Of a stretch of DNA of 64,000 bases, positions 1 to 10,351 are shown piece by piece. Made by a program: the position numbers and the translations under genes. The stretch comes from Caecitellus pseudoparvulus (lineage: Eukaryota; Protista; Bigyra: Bicosoecida). Within the stretch, counting starts at the first letter, position 1. Every line of letters starts with the position of its first letter. Location of the stretch: positions 1-64,000 of the forward strand of contig CBFFRQ010000067.1 of assembly GCA_965644315.1 (NCBI GenBank), given 5' to 3'. Under the pieces are notes generated by a model. It was not told the DNA's origin. It saw nothing but the letters and a program-made list of their open reading frames with translations, and did no database searches.

Positions 1-1210
1 TAACCCTAACCCTAACCCTAACCCTAACCCTAACCCTAACCCTAACCCTAACCCTAACCCTAACCCTAACCCTAACCCTAACCCTAACCCTAACCCTAAC
101 CCTAACCCTAACCCTAACCCTAACCCTAACCCTAACCCTAACCCTAACCCTAACCCTAACCCTAACCCTAACCCTAACCCTAACCCTAACCCTAACCCTA
201 ACCCTAACCCTAACCCTAACCCTAACCCTAACCCTAACCCTAACCCTAACCCTAACCCTAACCCTAACCCTAACCCTAACCCTAACCCTAACCCTAACCC
301 TAACCCTAACCCTAACCCTAACCCTAACCCTAACCCTAACCCTAACCCTAACCCTAACCCTAACCCTAACCCTAACCCTAACCCTAACCCTAACCCTAAC
401 CCTAACCCTAACCCTAACCCTAACCCTAACCCTAACCCTAACCCTAACCCTAACCCTAACCCTAACCCTAACCCTAACCCTAACCCTAACCCTAACCCTA
501 ACCCTAACCCTAACCCTAACCCTAACCCTAACCCTAACCCTAACCCTAACCCTAACCCTAACCCTAACCCTAACCCTAACCCTAACCCTAACCCTAACCC
601 TAACCCTAACCCTAACCCTAACCCTAACCCTAACCCTAACCCTAACCCTAACCCTAACCCTAACCCTAACCCTAACCCTAACCCTAACCCTAACCCTAAC
701 CCTAACCCTAACCCTAACCCTAACCCTAACCCTAACCCTAACCCTAACCCTAACCCTAACCCTAACCCTAACCCTAACCCTAACCCTAACCCTAACCCTA
801 ACCCTAACCCTAACCCTAACCCTAACCCTAACCCTAACCCTAACCCTAACCCTAACCCTAACCCTAACCCTAACCCTAACCCTAACCCTAACCCTAACCC
901 TAACCCTAACCCTAACCCTAACCCTAACCCTAACCCTAACCCTAACCCTAACCCTAACCCTAACCCTAACCCTAACCCTAACCCTAACCCTAACCCTAAC
1001 CCTAACCCTAACCCTAACCCTAACCCTAACCCTAACCCTAACCCTAACCCTAACCCTAACCCTAACCCTAACCCTAACCCTAACCCTAACCCTAACCCTA
1101 ACCCTAACCCTAACCCTAACCCTAACCCTAACCCTAACCCTAACCCTAACCCTAACCCTAACCCTAACCCTAACCCTAACCCTAACCCTAACCCTAACCC
1201 TAACCCTAAC
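1..1210. repeat. Terminal telomeric repeat (TAACCC)n = (TTAGGG)n on the minus strand
   Basis: Perfect uninterrupted hexamer array from base 1, ending ...CCCTAAC at 1210. The C-rich strand at the 5' end marks a left chromosome end. Confidence 0.99.
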
Positions 1211-1430
1211 TTTCCAAATGTCAACCTAATCATAGGTTGTCAAGGGCTAACATAGCCTAATCCAGGCGCTCGTGCACCCCATTGTGGTGTGCACAGTGCA
1301 TTTGCATTGCTTTAGGTGCGCGGGTGAGCGGCAGTGCGAATTCCGCACGCTACGCCTCCCCACGCAGTGCTTTGTGCGATTCTCTGCCGGATCTGCACCA
1401 CTGACTGCACCATACCATTGCATCATCACA

Positions 1431-4400
1431 ATGTCAACCAAGGCCAGCCAAATTCTCGGCGTGCTGTTCACGGAGAAGTGCCTGGAGCAGCATGTGTCAG
1501 GCCGGCCGAGAACAGGTGTGCTGACAGCCTTGCCACGCCGAGGCGCTGCTCGCACCTTCCGGCTGGGTGGAGTCGACATTGACCTGTCAGCTGCAGAGGA
1601 TGCAACATTCTTCGTTGGACAGTGGCTCGACATCTTTGGAGACCGTCTGGAAGCTGAGTTCCCTGGTGCCGTTGCCGCGCTGGCGTGCGCAAAATCCGCT
1701 CTGCGGGAATCCGCGCCAGGGCGAAAGGATCTCCTCGTGACGCTTGCGAGCGACAGCGACGGAGCCGCTACTGCCAAGTGTCTTCGAATTGCAGCCGCTG
1801 CCCGTGAAGACTTCACCGTCACCCTTCCCGGTGGAGGCTCTGTTGGTGTGGTGTACCCCAACACGAAGCAGTTCACATCAGCCCGCGCTAGGGTCAGCCT
1901 CATCGCGCCTCCATCTGCTGTGAAGGTGGCCCAGAAGATCTCCCAGACTGCTACTCGCATTGCTTCTGAAACTGGAGATGTATCAAGGGTGCTGAAGCTT
2001 GTGCACGCTCAGCTCACACATCAGCAGCCGAAGCCCCAGCGTACTGCCACGCACGTCGGACACTCCGTCTCTACTGTAGACGACGCCCCTGTCGACAAGC
2101 CTGCACTCACGCAAGACCGAGCCCCATCTAAGGCACCTGCCAAGACGAACAAGAGAACACGTCGTGGGAAGCGAACCTCTCGACAAACCCACGTGTTCCC
2201 GAAGACCTTCGCCGACATCATCCGCGGAGCAGCTGCTCATAACCAACCTGTACGGAAGACCACACCATCTTCATCCCAAGGCAAAGCCGTGCCTGAAAGT
2301 TGTCCAACTCCTGAGCATGTACGCCTGCCAACGTCTCGTGTCCAATCTCGGCCATCTCGGTGGGATTCCCCTGCACCACGTGCACCAGCTGCACAGGGTG
2401 CCACAAATGCTGAGAGCGACTCACCTGTCCCTACTGCAGCTGTCGATGAAGAAGATGAAAGTGACTTCTCGATAATCTCCCTTGAGACCTGCCACCGAAA
2501 GCCAGCAAAGCTTGCCAGCCACAAGCTTCCTGAAGAGTCGCCACTTGTAGGACTGTTGTCCAACTCAACAGTCTTCGGTGACGATGAAGACAAAAACTGT
2601 GTCCAGGCTTGCCTTGAATCGGCCTCGGGAGAACCCGTCCTTCAGGAGCAAGACTTTCTCCTCCTGCAGCATGCGGCGACGATCAATGCTGCCCAGAAGA
2701 GTCTTCTTCACATGCTGAAGCAGCGTCATGTACAAGATGCGGATTCGTCCAGCTCAGATGTTGTGATCACTGATGCTGCAGTTCTCCCGCCGCTCGAAAC
2801 TGAAGCAGACAGGCTGGAGGTCATGCGTTCCCTCGTGTACCGCTTTGCACCTTCCACACATCATCTGTCCCTTCTGTCTCCACCTGTGCTGCTGCCTGGG
2901 CTTGACCTCCTACTTGAGCGAATGGGAAGGGGCTACGCAATGTTGAAGAGCCCACCAGACTGGAACGGGAAAGGCATATCGCCGCGAACGCTGGTGGACG
3001 ATGCTGAACAAGACACATACCTTGAAGGGGTATTGTTTGCCTTTGGCCTGAGTCACCCACATGCAGCGACATGGGCCCATCTTCAACTCATTCTTGTTGA
3101 CCATGAGCGGGGCGTCCTGCATGTCTGGAATCCCACTCAACCCAAAGATCATCACGACATCCCACTCAACGCATGCATGGCAAGACTTCATGCAGAAGGC
3201 ATTGATACAGTCTACAGGATCTCCTCTGTACCAAACCATGGGATGGCCTCTCCTCTGCGTGATCGAATCAAGCAGGCACTGTGCTCCCTCCGTGCTGACT
3301 TCCCTCCACTCCCCTTCCTGGGACCGGATGGCAAGCTATACAGCCAGACATACATCGCAGCGAAGAAGGTCCGTGTGTGCCTCCCTGAGAATCGGCGAAC
3401 TCGAAAGCAAGCTGCTGTACTTGAGGAAGTCAAGCAACATGATCCCCTGCTTGAGTACATCCCGACACTAAAACACCACAAGCTGTCACGATGGAGCCCA
3501 AGTCCACCCACACCGGTTGGCAAGCATCAACGATGTCGCCTTGCGCTGGCATCATGGAACGTCCGAGGGTCATGTGGACGACGCCTACACGACGTGATAG
3601 AATGTGTGCAGTCCATCACAAGCCACACGTCTCTCCTTGCTCTCTGCCTCACCGAACCAGGTGGACGCGGGACCCTGGACAGTGCTGTCCTTGGTCTCGA
3701 ATGTTTCCGGCCCAACCCACCCGACCGTCCTCCTGGAAGAAGCGAAGTCGCCCTGCTGCTTGACAGACGCTTGAAGGCAACACCCATGCACAACTTGGGA
3801 CTTGATGGCAGATGCTCAGTGGCATGCTCAGTTGCAACACTCCCCCGGCCACTTGCAATCCTTGCGACATATGTCCCCAACTGGCATACTGCCCAACGCA
3901 AGAAACCTGTTGCTGATCCTGACACCAAGCTGCCTCACAGGCAGGAAGTGTGGCAACAGCTCTTTGATGCTGTCCATCGCCTCAAGCGCACACACATGGT
4001 GGTCCTTCTTGGTGACCTGAACTGCCACCCTGGCGACAACGGCATGAGATGCTGGACATCAGACATGTGGGTTAACAAGACGGAAATCAAAGACCCAACC
4101 CCCGATGTAAGTCAACTCGAAGAGATCTGCCTAGAAGGAGGTCTATGCCCTGCAGGCCTTGCAGGAAGCCCAACCCAAGCAAGGTATGGTAGGGTGCTTG
4201 ACCACATACTCGTCAGTTTGGATCTACGCAAGGTGCTTTGCCGACCTCTGCTTGTGACTACAACTTTTTCTGGGCATGGGCAGCGACGGACTGGCACGCG
4301 AGTTTTCAGTGACCATCACCTGCTTAGCACCGAGGTTCAGGTGAAGCTTGGTACACGATCTCACGCAAGAGCTCCACCAGCACGGCAGGCAACAGCTCCA

Positions 4401-7400
4401 CCCTGGTGGTCAGCAGCAACTGAGGAGGGGAAGGCGGCGCAGCAGACTTTCAGGACATGCCTCGATACGGTCATGAAGATAGATGAACCCCAGGAACTCC
4501 CTGCTGATGACTGGACTCTACAGCACATGAACACTATGATTGCCCAAGCTGCGAAAGAAGCTCACACAATCTCAAGAGTGGCCCAGACTGAGCTCCCACA
4601 ACCGCAAATGGCCATCCGAACCCAAAGCCGAGTAAAGAAACGTATGACAGCGCGAGTGTCGCTCATCAAAAGAACTCGAGAGCGGGTCAACCGGCGTCTG
4701 GTGCTGATCCAATGTGGAGGAGCGATGGCCCCAGCCTCTCTCAAACTCCGCGTCCAGGAGCAACTCTCAATGCTGGACGAGGATGAGAGCAGCTGTCTGA
4801 GGGAGAGAAAGACGGCAATGCGCACCTGCACCCGGCTCACTGCCAAGCTGAGGAAGAAGACCCTTGCTTGTGTCAAAGCGCGCATCAAAGACCTGGTCAA
4901 GTCTGACCCCTTCAAGGCACACGTGCACATTCGGCGGCTTTCAGGGAGGCCGCGCAACTCGGGCAGCTCGGCAATATCTTCAGTGATGACAGACACAGGA
5001 TCCCTCAGCTCAGATCCTGATACACTACGGCAAGAGGTGGCGAAGCAAATGGGTGCCATCATCAGCAAACCAACTCTCTCTCGCACACCACTGAAGTATG
5101 GACTTGGTCGATTCCTTCCTTCATCAACTCCGGAGTTCCAGCCCCCAGAAGACTGGCTTCCAAACACATCAGAGGTCCTCCGCTGTATGAATGCACTAAG
5201 CCTGCACCGCCACCCCGGCTCAGGAACATTTCAGGCGGAGCATATCAAGTATGCAAGCACACCCTTTCGCCTTGCATATGCTCAGACCTTGATCAACACC
5301 CTGTCAAGCGGATCGTGCCCTGAACCGTACCATGATGGAATAGGCACCCTGATCCCGAAGAAGACAAGCGAGGTGGGCCGGCCAGCAACTTACAGACTGA
5401 TTGTCTGCAGGCCAGCACCTGCAAAGCTGTTCTTCTCAGCAGTGGCGGCTTCCCTAGAAAAGTGGATGTCCAGCTGGATATCTCCTGAGCAGGCAGGCTT
5501 CACAGCCCGACGCAACACTCACGAACAAGTCATCGCTCTCCAAGAAGCAGTCAAAGGGCACTTGCGACACTCACCTTCAACTCGACAAGTCCTCATCCTG
5601 TTCGTCGACTTCAAAGGGGCGTTTGACTCGGTCAGCCATTCTTGCATCATGGAGATCCTCAGAGATGCAAACGTCCCTGCTCCGCTCCTCAGTCTTGTCA
5701 ACAGCTACATGCACAACGCAGCCGTCTCTATCAACACGGCAGCAGGACTCTGCCCCCCCCTGCGTGTCACAACGGGTGTTCCACAAGGGGGTGCTCTTTC
5801 ACCACTGCTTTTCAAGATTGCAATCGACGTTGTCTCAAAGCGTTTGGCAGAACTCCCATATCAAGGGGTCCAAGGCACTGGTATCTCAACTCCTGACGGA
5901 TACCTTACGCATACACTGTATGCAGACGACTTGGCGTGCTTAGCTACCACCCCATCAGGACTACATCGAATGTTCAAAGAGGTCAAGACGATTGGAGAAC
6001 GATCAGGGTTGCTGATCAACCCCAAGAAGAGTGGGGTCATGATCATCCCTGGTCGTGATGGGACTTCATCACAACACACCAGCGACAGACAGAAGGCCTT
6101 GTGGAGATCGAAGCACCTGAGAAGTGGTGAAGAGCTGAAAGTGAACGGCACGCCCATCACACGAACTCCCACGTACATGTACCTCGGGGTCCCCATGGCT
6201 GAAAACCTCATCCGGTCCAGAGCACTTGCACTTGAAAAAGCGCAGATGGCCTGCACACATGCTGGGTTTTCCTGCGGAGCGGTCTTCTCAGGGGCCTGGC
6301 TAGGAGTGAAGCTGAAGAACCAGATTGGAAGAGCCATTGTCACATCCTCAGCGGACTATGTCCTGTGCACACAAGCCAACAGCCTCTTGATACCTCTGCG
6401 GCAAGTTGACCGAGGTGTATCCAAAGCACTGAGCAAGAGCCTTCTCTGTACACAGAGCTCACTCATGAGGCCACACAGTGCCGCAACACTCACACTGTGC
6501 GGTATAAAGCCAGCTCACATCAGATCATCACAGCTTCGTGTGAACCTCTTCCGGAAGATGCTTGCACGCCTCCACGATCGCTCTCCCTTGGCAAAGTCCC
6601 TCCTTCTCACCATTCCCCAAGCCATCGACATGCTGCCAGCAACAATCTCGACCGCGTTCGTCGTCCAAAGCACCGTTCAACTACAGCACCATCAAGCCAA
6701 GCAAACTCCGCTCCCATGGGCCTTGTTTGGGATTCTTGACCTGTGGATGTATGGATGCTTGCCCGATCTGAACGATCTGAAAGATGCATGCCTGGCAGAG
6801 GAGTCACGAAAGCAGCAAGCACTCACAGCAGTTCTTACATGCCTGAAGAAGCCTCCACACTCTGCGAAGATCGAGGTGATGGGCGTTGCGATGCCACCCC
6901 TGGCAACTATGGACACCCCTCCACAGTTTCAGTCACTCTCATCTTGGCAGACTCGACACCGTGTGGTTGCCTCATACCTGCACGTCGTGCAAGCCAAGCA
7001 AAGCAGAGAGGCTGGCTACTCCACGTCGGCAAAACTCCCAAGCACCATCAAACCGCGCCCTCATCACGTTGGAATTGGAGCACAGCACTTTACCATGCTG
7101 CACCCAATCCCATCTGGGATCAGCCCACTCTTGTGGGCATGTGCCGAGGACAAGCCTCTCTGCAACATGGTTCATCAGTGGCAAACGCTCCAGCTTCTGC
7201 ACGGGGGGGATGAGCCTACACCGTACCCGACCTGTCCACTATGTGCTGATGAAGTCCTTAGAGATCTCCACTGCCACATCATCCTTCACTGCCGAAAACT
7301 CAACACACTGAGAAAATCAGCAGTAGCAAGGATTAGTGACCTCCTCCGTGAATGCGAGGAACAGACGCATTCAGCACGGACAACAGTTCCAATTCCCCAA

Positions 7401-7934
7401 GCTATCTCCAGCGCAATCCGTGCTTGCCTCAATCACATGCACGTACCTGAGGAGCATGAAGAAGTCATGTACCGCCTGATACTCTGTGGTCAGTGGCCAT
7501 GGTACTGGGGACACAGCACCGCATATCAACTAGTGTCCAGAGAGGAAGCTAGTGTGTACAGCTACCCATACATCCTACACCACAAAGGCCTGAGACGAGT
7601 ATCACCACCCCGCTCATGGAAGGAGCTCCAACGCCAAGCTGCAAAGTTTGCTGGGCAAGCATGGCGTGCGGTTGTGTCAGCCCTCTTGCGGGACAGGCAT
7701 CCTGACAGATTATCTGTGCATACTCACGCCAGACACCTCTGGTGGTCTGTGTTTGGACGTGATGCCCCCTTCCCTGGCCACACGATTCCTGAACCGTCCG
7801 CGGTCACGAAGCAAACTCGAGCACCCAAAGCGATACGAGTCAGACGGTTCTTCCCTGCTCGAGCAGGGCAGGTACCGTCACATGAAAGGAAAGTCCAACG
7901 TACACTCCATGACATAGTTCAAAGAAGAAGGTAA
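1431..7934 (+). CDS. Retrotransposon polyprotein: N-terminal domain, putative cysteine protease, APE endonuclease, reverse transcriptase, CCHC zinc finger
   Basis: APE motifs SWNVRG, LTEP, YVPN, GDLN, LDHI, SDH. RT motifs EQAGF, FVDFKGAFDSV, GVPQGGALSPLLF, YADD (5919-5930), INPKKS, YLG. Finger CPLC..H....C. ATG 1431 (MSTKASQILG) was chosen because it aligns with the copy 2 ATG; the frame is open from 1272. Confidence 0.95.
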   Translation: MSTKASQILGVLFTEKCLEQHVSGRPRTGVLTALPRRGAARTFRLGGVDIDLSAAEDATFFVGQWLDIFGDRLEAEFPGAVAALACAKSALRESAPGRKDLLVTLASDSDGAATAKCLRIAAAAREDFTVTLPGGGSVGVVYPNTKQFTSARARVSLIAPPSAVKVAQKISQTATRIASETGDVSRVLKLVHAQLTHQQPKPQRTATHVGHSVSTVDDAPVDKPALTQDRAPSKAPAKTNKRTRRGKRTSRQTHVFPKTFADIIRGAAAHNQPVRKTTPSSSQGKAVPESCPTPEHVRLPTSRVQSRPSRWDSPAPRAPAAQGATNAESDSPVPTAAVDEEDESDFSIISLETCHRKPAKLASHKLPEESPLVGLLSNSTVFGDDEDKNCVQACLESASGEPVLQEQDFLLLQHAATINAAQKSLLHMLKQRHVQDADSSSSDVVITDAAVLPPLETEADRLEVMRSLVYRFAPSTHHLSLLSPPVLLPGLDLLLERMGRGYAMLKSPPDWNGKGISPRTLVDDAEQDTYLEGVLFAFGLSHPHAATWAHLQLILVDHERGVLHVWNPTQPKDHHDIPLNACMARLHAEGIDTVYRISSVPNHGMASPLRDRIKQALCSLRADFPPLPFLGPDGKLYSQTYIAAKKVRVCLPENRRTRKQAAVLEEVKQHDPLLEYIPTLKHHKLSRWSPSPPTPVGKHQRCRLALASWNVRGSCGRRLHDVIECVQSITSHTSLLALCLTEPGGRGTLDSAVLGLECFRPNPPDRPPGRSEVALLLDRRLKATPMHNLGLDGRCSVACSVATLPRPLAILATYVPNWHTAQRKKPVADPDTKLPHRQEVWQQLFDAVHRLKRTHMVVLLGDLNCHPGDNGMRCWTSDMWVNKTEIKDPTPDVSQLEEICLEGGLCPAGLAGSPTQARYGRVLDHILVSLDLRKVLCRPLLVTTTFSGHGQRRTGTRVFSDHHLLSTEVQVKLGTRSHARAPPARQATAPPWWSAATEEGKAAQQTFRTCLDTVMKIDEPQELPADDWTLQHMNTMIAQAAKEAHTISRVAQTELPQPQMAIRTQSRVKKRMTARVSLIKRTRERVNRRLVLIQCGGAMAPASLKLRVQEQLSMLDEDESSCLRERKTAMRTCTRLTAKLRKKTLACVKARIKDLVKSDPFKAHVHIRRLSGRPRNSGSSAISSVMTDTGSLSSDPDTLRQEVAKQMGAIISKPTLSRTPLKYGLGRFLPSSTPEFQPPEDWLPNTSEVLRCMNALSLHRHPGSGTFQAEHIKYASTPFRLAYAQTLINTLSSGSCPEPYHDGIGTLIPKKTSEVGRPATYRLIVCRPAPAKLFFSAVAASLEKWMSSWISPEQAGFTARRNTHEQVIALQEAVKGHLRHSPSTRQVLILFVDFKGAFDSVSHSCIMEILRDANVPAPLLSLVNSYMHNAAVSINTAAGLCPPLRVTTGVPQGGALSPLLFKIAIDVVSKRLAELPYQGVQGTGISTPDGYLTHTLYADDLACLATTPSGLHRMFKEVKTIGERSGLLINPKKSGVMIIPGRDGTSSQHTSDRQKALWRSKHLRSGEELKVNGTPITRTPTYMYLGVPMAENLIRSRALALEKAQMACTHAGFSCGAVFSGAWLGVKLKNQIGRAIVTSSADYVLCTQANSLLIPLRQVDRGVSKALSKSLLCTQSSLMRPHSAATLTLCGIKPAHIRSSQLRVNLFRKMLARLHDRSPLAKSLLLTIPQAIDMLPATISTAFVVQSTVQLQHHQAKQTPLPWALFGILDLWMYGCLPDLNDLKDACLAEESRKQQALTAVLTCLKKPPHSAKIEVMGVAMPPLATMDTPPQFQSLSSWQTRHRVVASYLHVVQAKQSREAGYSTSAKLPSTIKPRPHHVGIGAQHFTMLHPIPSGISPLLWACAEDKPLCNMVHQWQTLQLLHGGDEPTPYPTCPLCADEVLRDLHCHIILHCRKLNTLRKSAVARISDLLRECEEQTHSARTTVPIPQAISSAIRACLNHMHVPEEHEEVMYRLILCGQWPWYWGHSTAYQLVSREEASVYSYPYILHHKGLRRVSPPRSWKELQRQAAKFAGQAWRAVVSALLRDRHPDRLSVHTHARHLWWSVFGRDAPFPGHTIPEPSAVTKQTRAPKAIRVRRFFPARAGQVPSHERKVQRTLHDIVQRRR

Positions 7935-8090
7935 AAGAAAAAACAAAGAAAAAAACACAACGGAGATGTTCAGTCATGCTCTGCTCCCTCAGACCCATCT
8001 CCTGCGACATCACCATCACTAACCCCGCCCCCCATCTGCCTAGACCACTCAACGTCCATGAGAACGCAAAGTCACTCACTCTACCTCCAA

Positions 8091-9454
8091 CACAAGGGCA
8101 AAGTAGCCACGCAGCGGCCCCGACGCCCATTCAACAGCATGAGCACGACTACTGCCTTGCCCCCCACTGAGCCCAGCCCGTACAGTACCACTGAGTGTCC
8201 CTCGCTGCCCTTCAGCGCCTCCAACAGAGCCGCACAAGGCCCCTGAGCCGGCCAGCAGGCCCCCCCACACAAGGGCAAAGTAGCGACGCAGCGGCCCCGA
8301 CGCCCATTCAACAGCATGAGCACGACTACTGCCTTGCCCCCCACTGGGCCCAGCCCGTACAGTACCACTGAGTGTCCCTCGCTGCCCTTCAGCGCCTCCA
8401 ACAGAGCCGCACAAGGCCCCTGAGCCGGCCAGCAGGCCCCCCACACAAGGGCAAAGTAGCGACGCAGCGGCCCCGACGCCCATTCAACAGCATGAGCACG
8501 ACTACTGCCTTGCCCCCCACTGAGCCCAGCCCGTACAGTACCACTGAGTGTCCCTCGCTGCCCTTCAGCGCCTCCAACAGAGCCGCACAAGGCCCCTGAG
8601 CCGGCCAGCAGGCCCCCCCACACAAGGGCAAAGTAGCGACGCAGCGGCCCCGACGCCCATTCAACAGCATGAGCACGACTACTGCCTTGCCCCCCACTGG
8701 GCCCAGCCCGTACAGTACCACTGAGTGTCCCTCGCTGCCCTTCAGCGCCTCCAACAGAGCCGCACAAGGCCCCTGAGCCGGCCAGCAGGCCCCCCACACA
8801 AGGGCAAAGTAGCGACGCAGCGGCCCCGACGCCCATTCAACAGCATGAGCACGACTACTGCCTTGCCCCCCACTGAGCCCAGCCCGTACAGTACCACTGA
8901 GTGTCCCTCGCTGCCCTTCAGCGCCTCCAACAGAGCCGCACAAGGCCCCTGAGCCGGCCAGCAGGCCCCCCACACAAGGGCAAAGTAGCGACGCAGCGGC
9001 CCCGACGCCCATTCAACAGCATGAGCACGACTACTGCCTTGCCCCCCACTGAGCCCAGCCCGTACAGTACCACTGAGTGTCCCTCGCTGCCCTTCAGCGC
9101 CTCCAACAGAGCCGCACAAGGCCCCTGAGCCGGCCAGCAGGCCCCCCCACACAAGGGCAAAGTAGCGACGCAGCGGCCCCGACGCCCATTCAACAGCATG
9201 AGCACGACTACTGCCTTGCCCCCCACTGAGCCCAGCCCGTACAGTACCACTGAGTGTCCCTCGCTGCCCTTCAGCGCCTCCAACAGAGCCGCACAAGGCC
9301 CCTGAGCCGGCCAGCAGGTCCCCCCACACAAGGGCAAAGTAGCGACGCAGCGGCCCCGACGCCCATTCAACAGCATGAGCACGACTACTGCCTTGCCCCC
9401 CACTGGGCCCAGCCCGTACAGTACCACTGAGTGTCCCTCGCTGCCCTTCAGCGC
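8091..9454 (+). repeat. 176/177-bp tandem repeat (about 7.7 near-identical copies) in the 3' UTR of copy 1
   Basis: Unit starts (CACAAGGGCAAAGTAGC) at 8091, 8268, 8444, 8621, 8797, 8973, 9150 and 9327. The length difference comes from a C6/C7 run. Confidence 0.97.
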
Positions 9455-9756
9455 TTGCAGCATGGTCAAGCTTGCTCTGCGCCACTCAGCGTGCGCCTGC
9501 GAAACGTGATGAGAGAAACACAGGGCGAAGCACGAATATTTTATCTCAGGCGGCATCAGAAGGTGCTTTTATACTAGCACGCAGTGGGTGAGCGCTGCTG
9601 CATGCAGCCTGCTGGTGTATGCGTCCACCTGATGATCTGCGTTTCCTGTGAAACGCTGCCACAATTTCCGCCCACGCACCTGCTCCCCAACGTCAAGGAA
9701 ATGCCTACCGGGTAAAAACTACGCCATTTTTTATTTCAATATTACATATTTCTCAT

Positions 9757-10082
9757 TGAATTATTGATGTTGAAATTTTGAATTTGAACGAATCTGGCAA
9801 ATTGCCTGCAGTGGGGGCAGTTCTTCACATACAAGTTCCGTGAATGACACCAAAACAAGTTCTCCATCCAGGACTCACAAGACCTTCCCACCCGGAGCGG
9901 ATACTGAAGTATCCTAGCACATGGCGACATATAGAACGGACGAAAGTCTGTGTTTGTTGCAGAGCCATGCAAATGGTAGCCATGCTGATGTGAGTGACCG
10001 CGTAACGGTTTGTAACATCTACTGTGAAGCTCCAGCTGAACCGCACATGAACAAGTGTGGAAGTGAAATGCATTACATCTGA
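9757..10082 (+). ncRNA. Conserved structured 3'-terminal RNA element of copy 1
   Basis: Stems GGATAC/GTATCC, CATGGC(9920)/GCCATG(9979), CGGAC-GAAA-GTCTG, CCAT-GCAA-ATGG and CCGCAC/GTGTGG. They covary with copies 2 and 3. Confidence 0.8.
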
Positions 10083-10132
10083 CTAACCCTAACCCTAACC
10101 CTAACCCTAACCCTAACCCTAACCTCCCTAAC
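10083..10132. repeat. Interstitial telomeric spacer (CTAACC)7 plus variant TCCCTAAC
   Basis: Directly visible between the 3' end of copy 1 and the 5' end of copy 2. Confidence 0.98.
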
Positions 10133-10351
10133 TTTCCAAATGTCAACCTAATCATGGGTTGTGCATTGCTAACATTGCCTAATCCAGGCGCTCGTGCACC
10201 CCAGTGTGGTGCTGCACAGTGTTTGGGTTGGCGGTGTGGCGCGCGGGTGGCAGCTGTGCGAATTCCGCACGCCATCACACCAGCGCAAGCAGTGTGCACT
10301 CCACGCGGGAGCCTGCACCTGAGGACACCTGCATCACGTTCCATCATCATC

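Larger units (their letters stand above)
1211..10082 (+). mobile_element. Telomeric non-LTR retrotransposon, copy 1 (full length, APE-RT type)
   Basis: Bounded by telomeric repeats on both sides. Its 5' end TTTCCAAATGTCAACCTAATCAT is shared with copy 2, it has a single long APE-RT ORF, and its 3'-terminal region is homologous to copies 2 and 3. Confidence 0.93.

Noticed and set aside
1211-1430. HDV-like or hammerhead ribozyme in the 5' UTR
   Set aside because: Hairpins are present, but I could not build the nested double pseudoknot or find the CUGANGA/GAAA cores by eye.
1431-7934. Telomerase (TERT) or Penelope/Athena-type RT
   Set aside because: It has a full APE endonuclease and LINE-type RT motifs (QAGF, DF..AFD.V, GVPQG..LSP.LF, YADD). 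No TERT T-motif or GIY-YIG motif is visible.
7230-7934. C-terminal restriction-like endonuclease (Dualen/R2 type)
   Set aside because: There is no RH(D/N) or PD..(D/E)xK motif conserved in both copies after the CCHC finger. A highly diverged remnant cannot be excluded without a profile search.
7932-7960. A-rich tract after the copy 1 stop codon as the element's poly(A) end
   Set aside because: It is interrupted and absent in copy 2, and the family-conserved 3' terminus lies about 2.1 kb further on, abutting telomeric repeats.
8091-9454. CRISPR-like array, or coding ORFs in the 176-bp repeat
   Set aside because: The units are identical along their whole length with no unique spacers, there are no cas genes, the context is eukaryotic, and the ORFs shift frame with the C-run.
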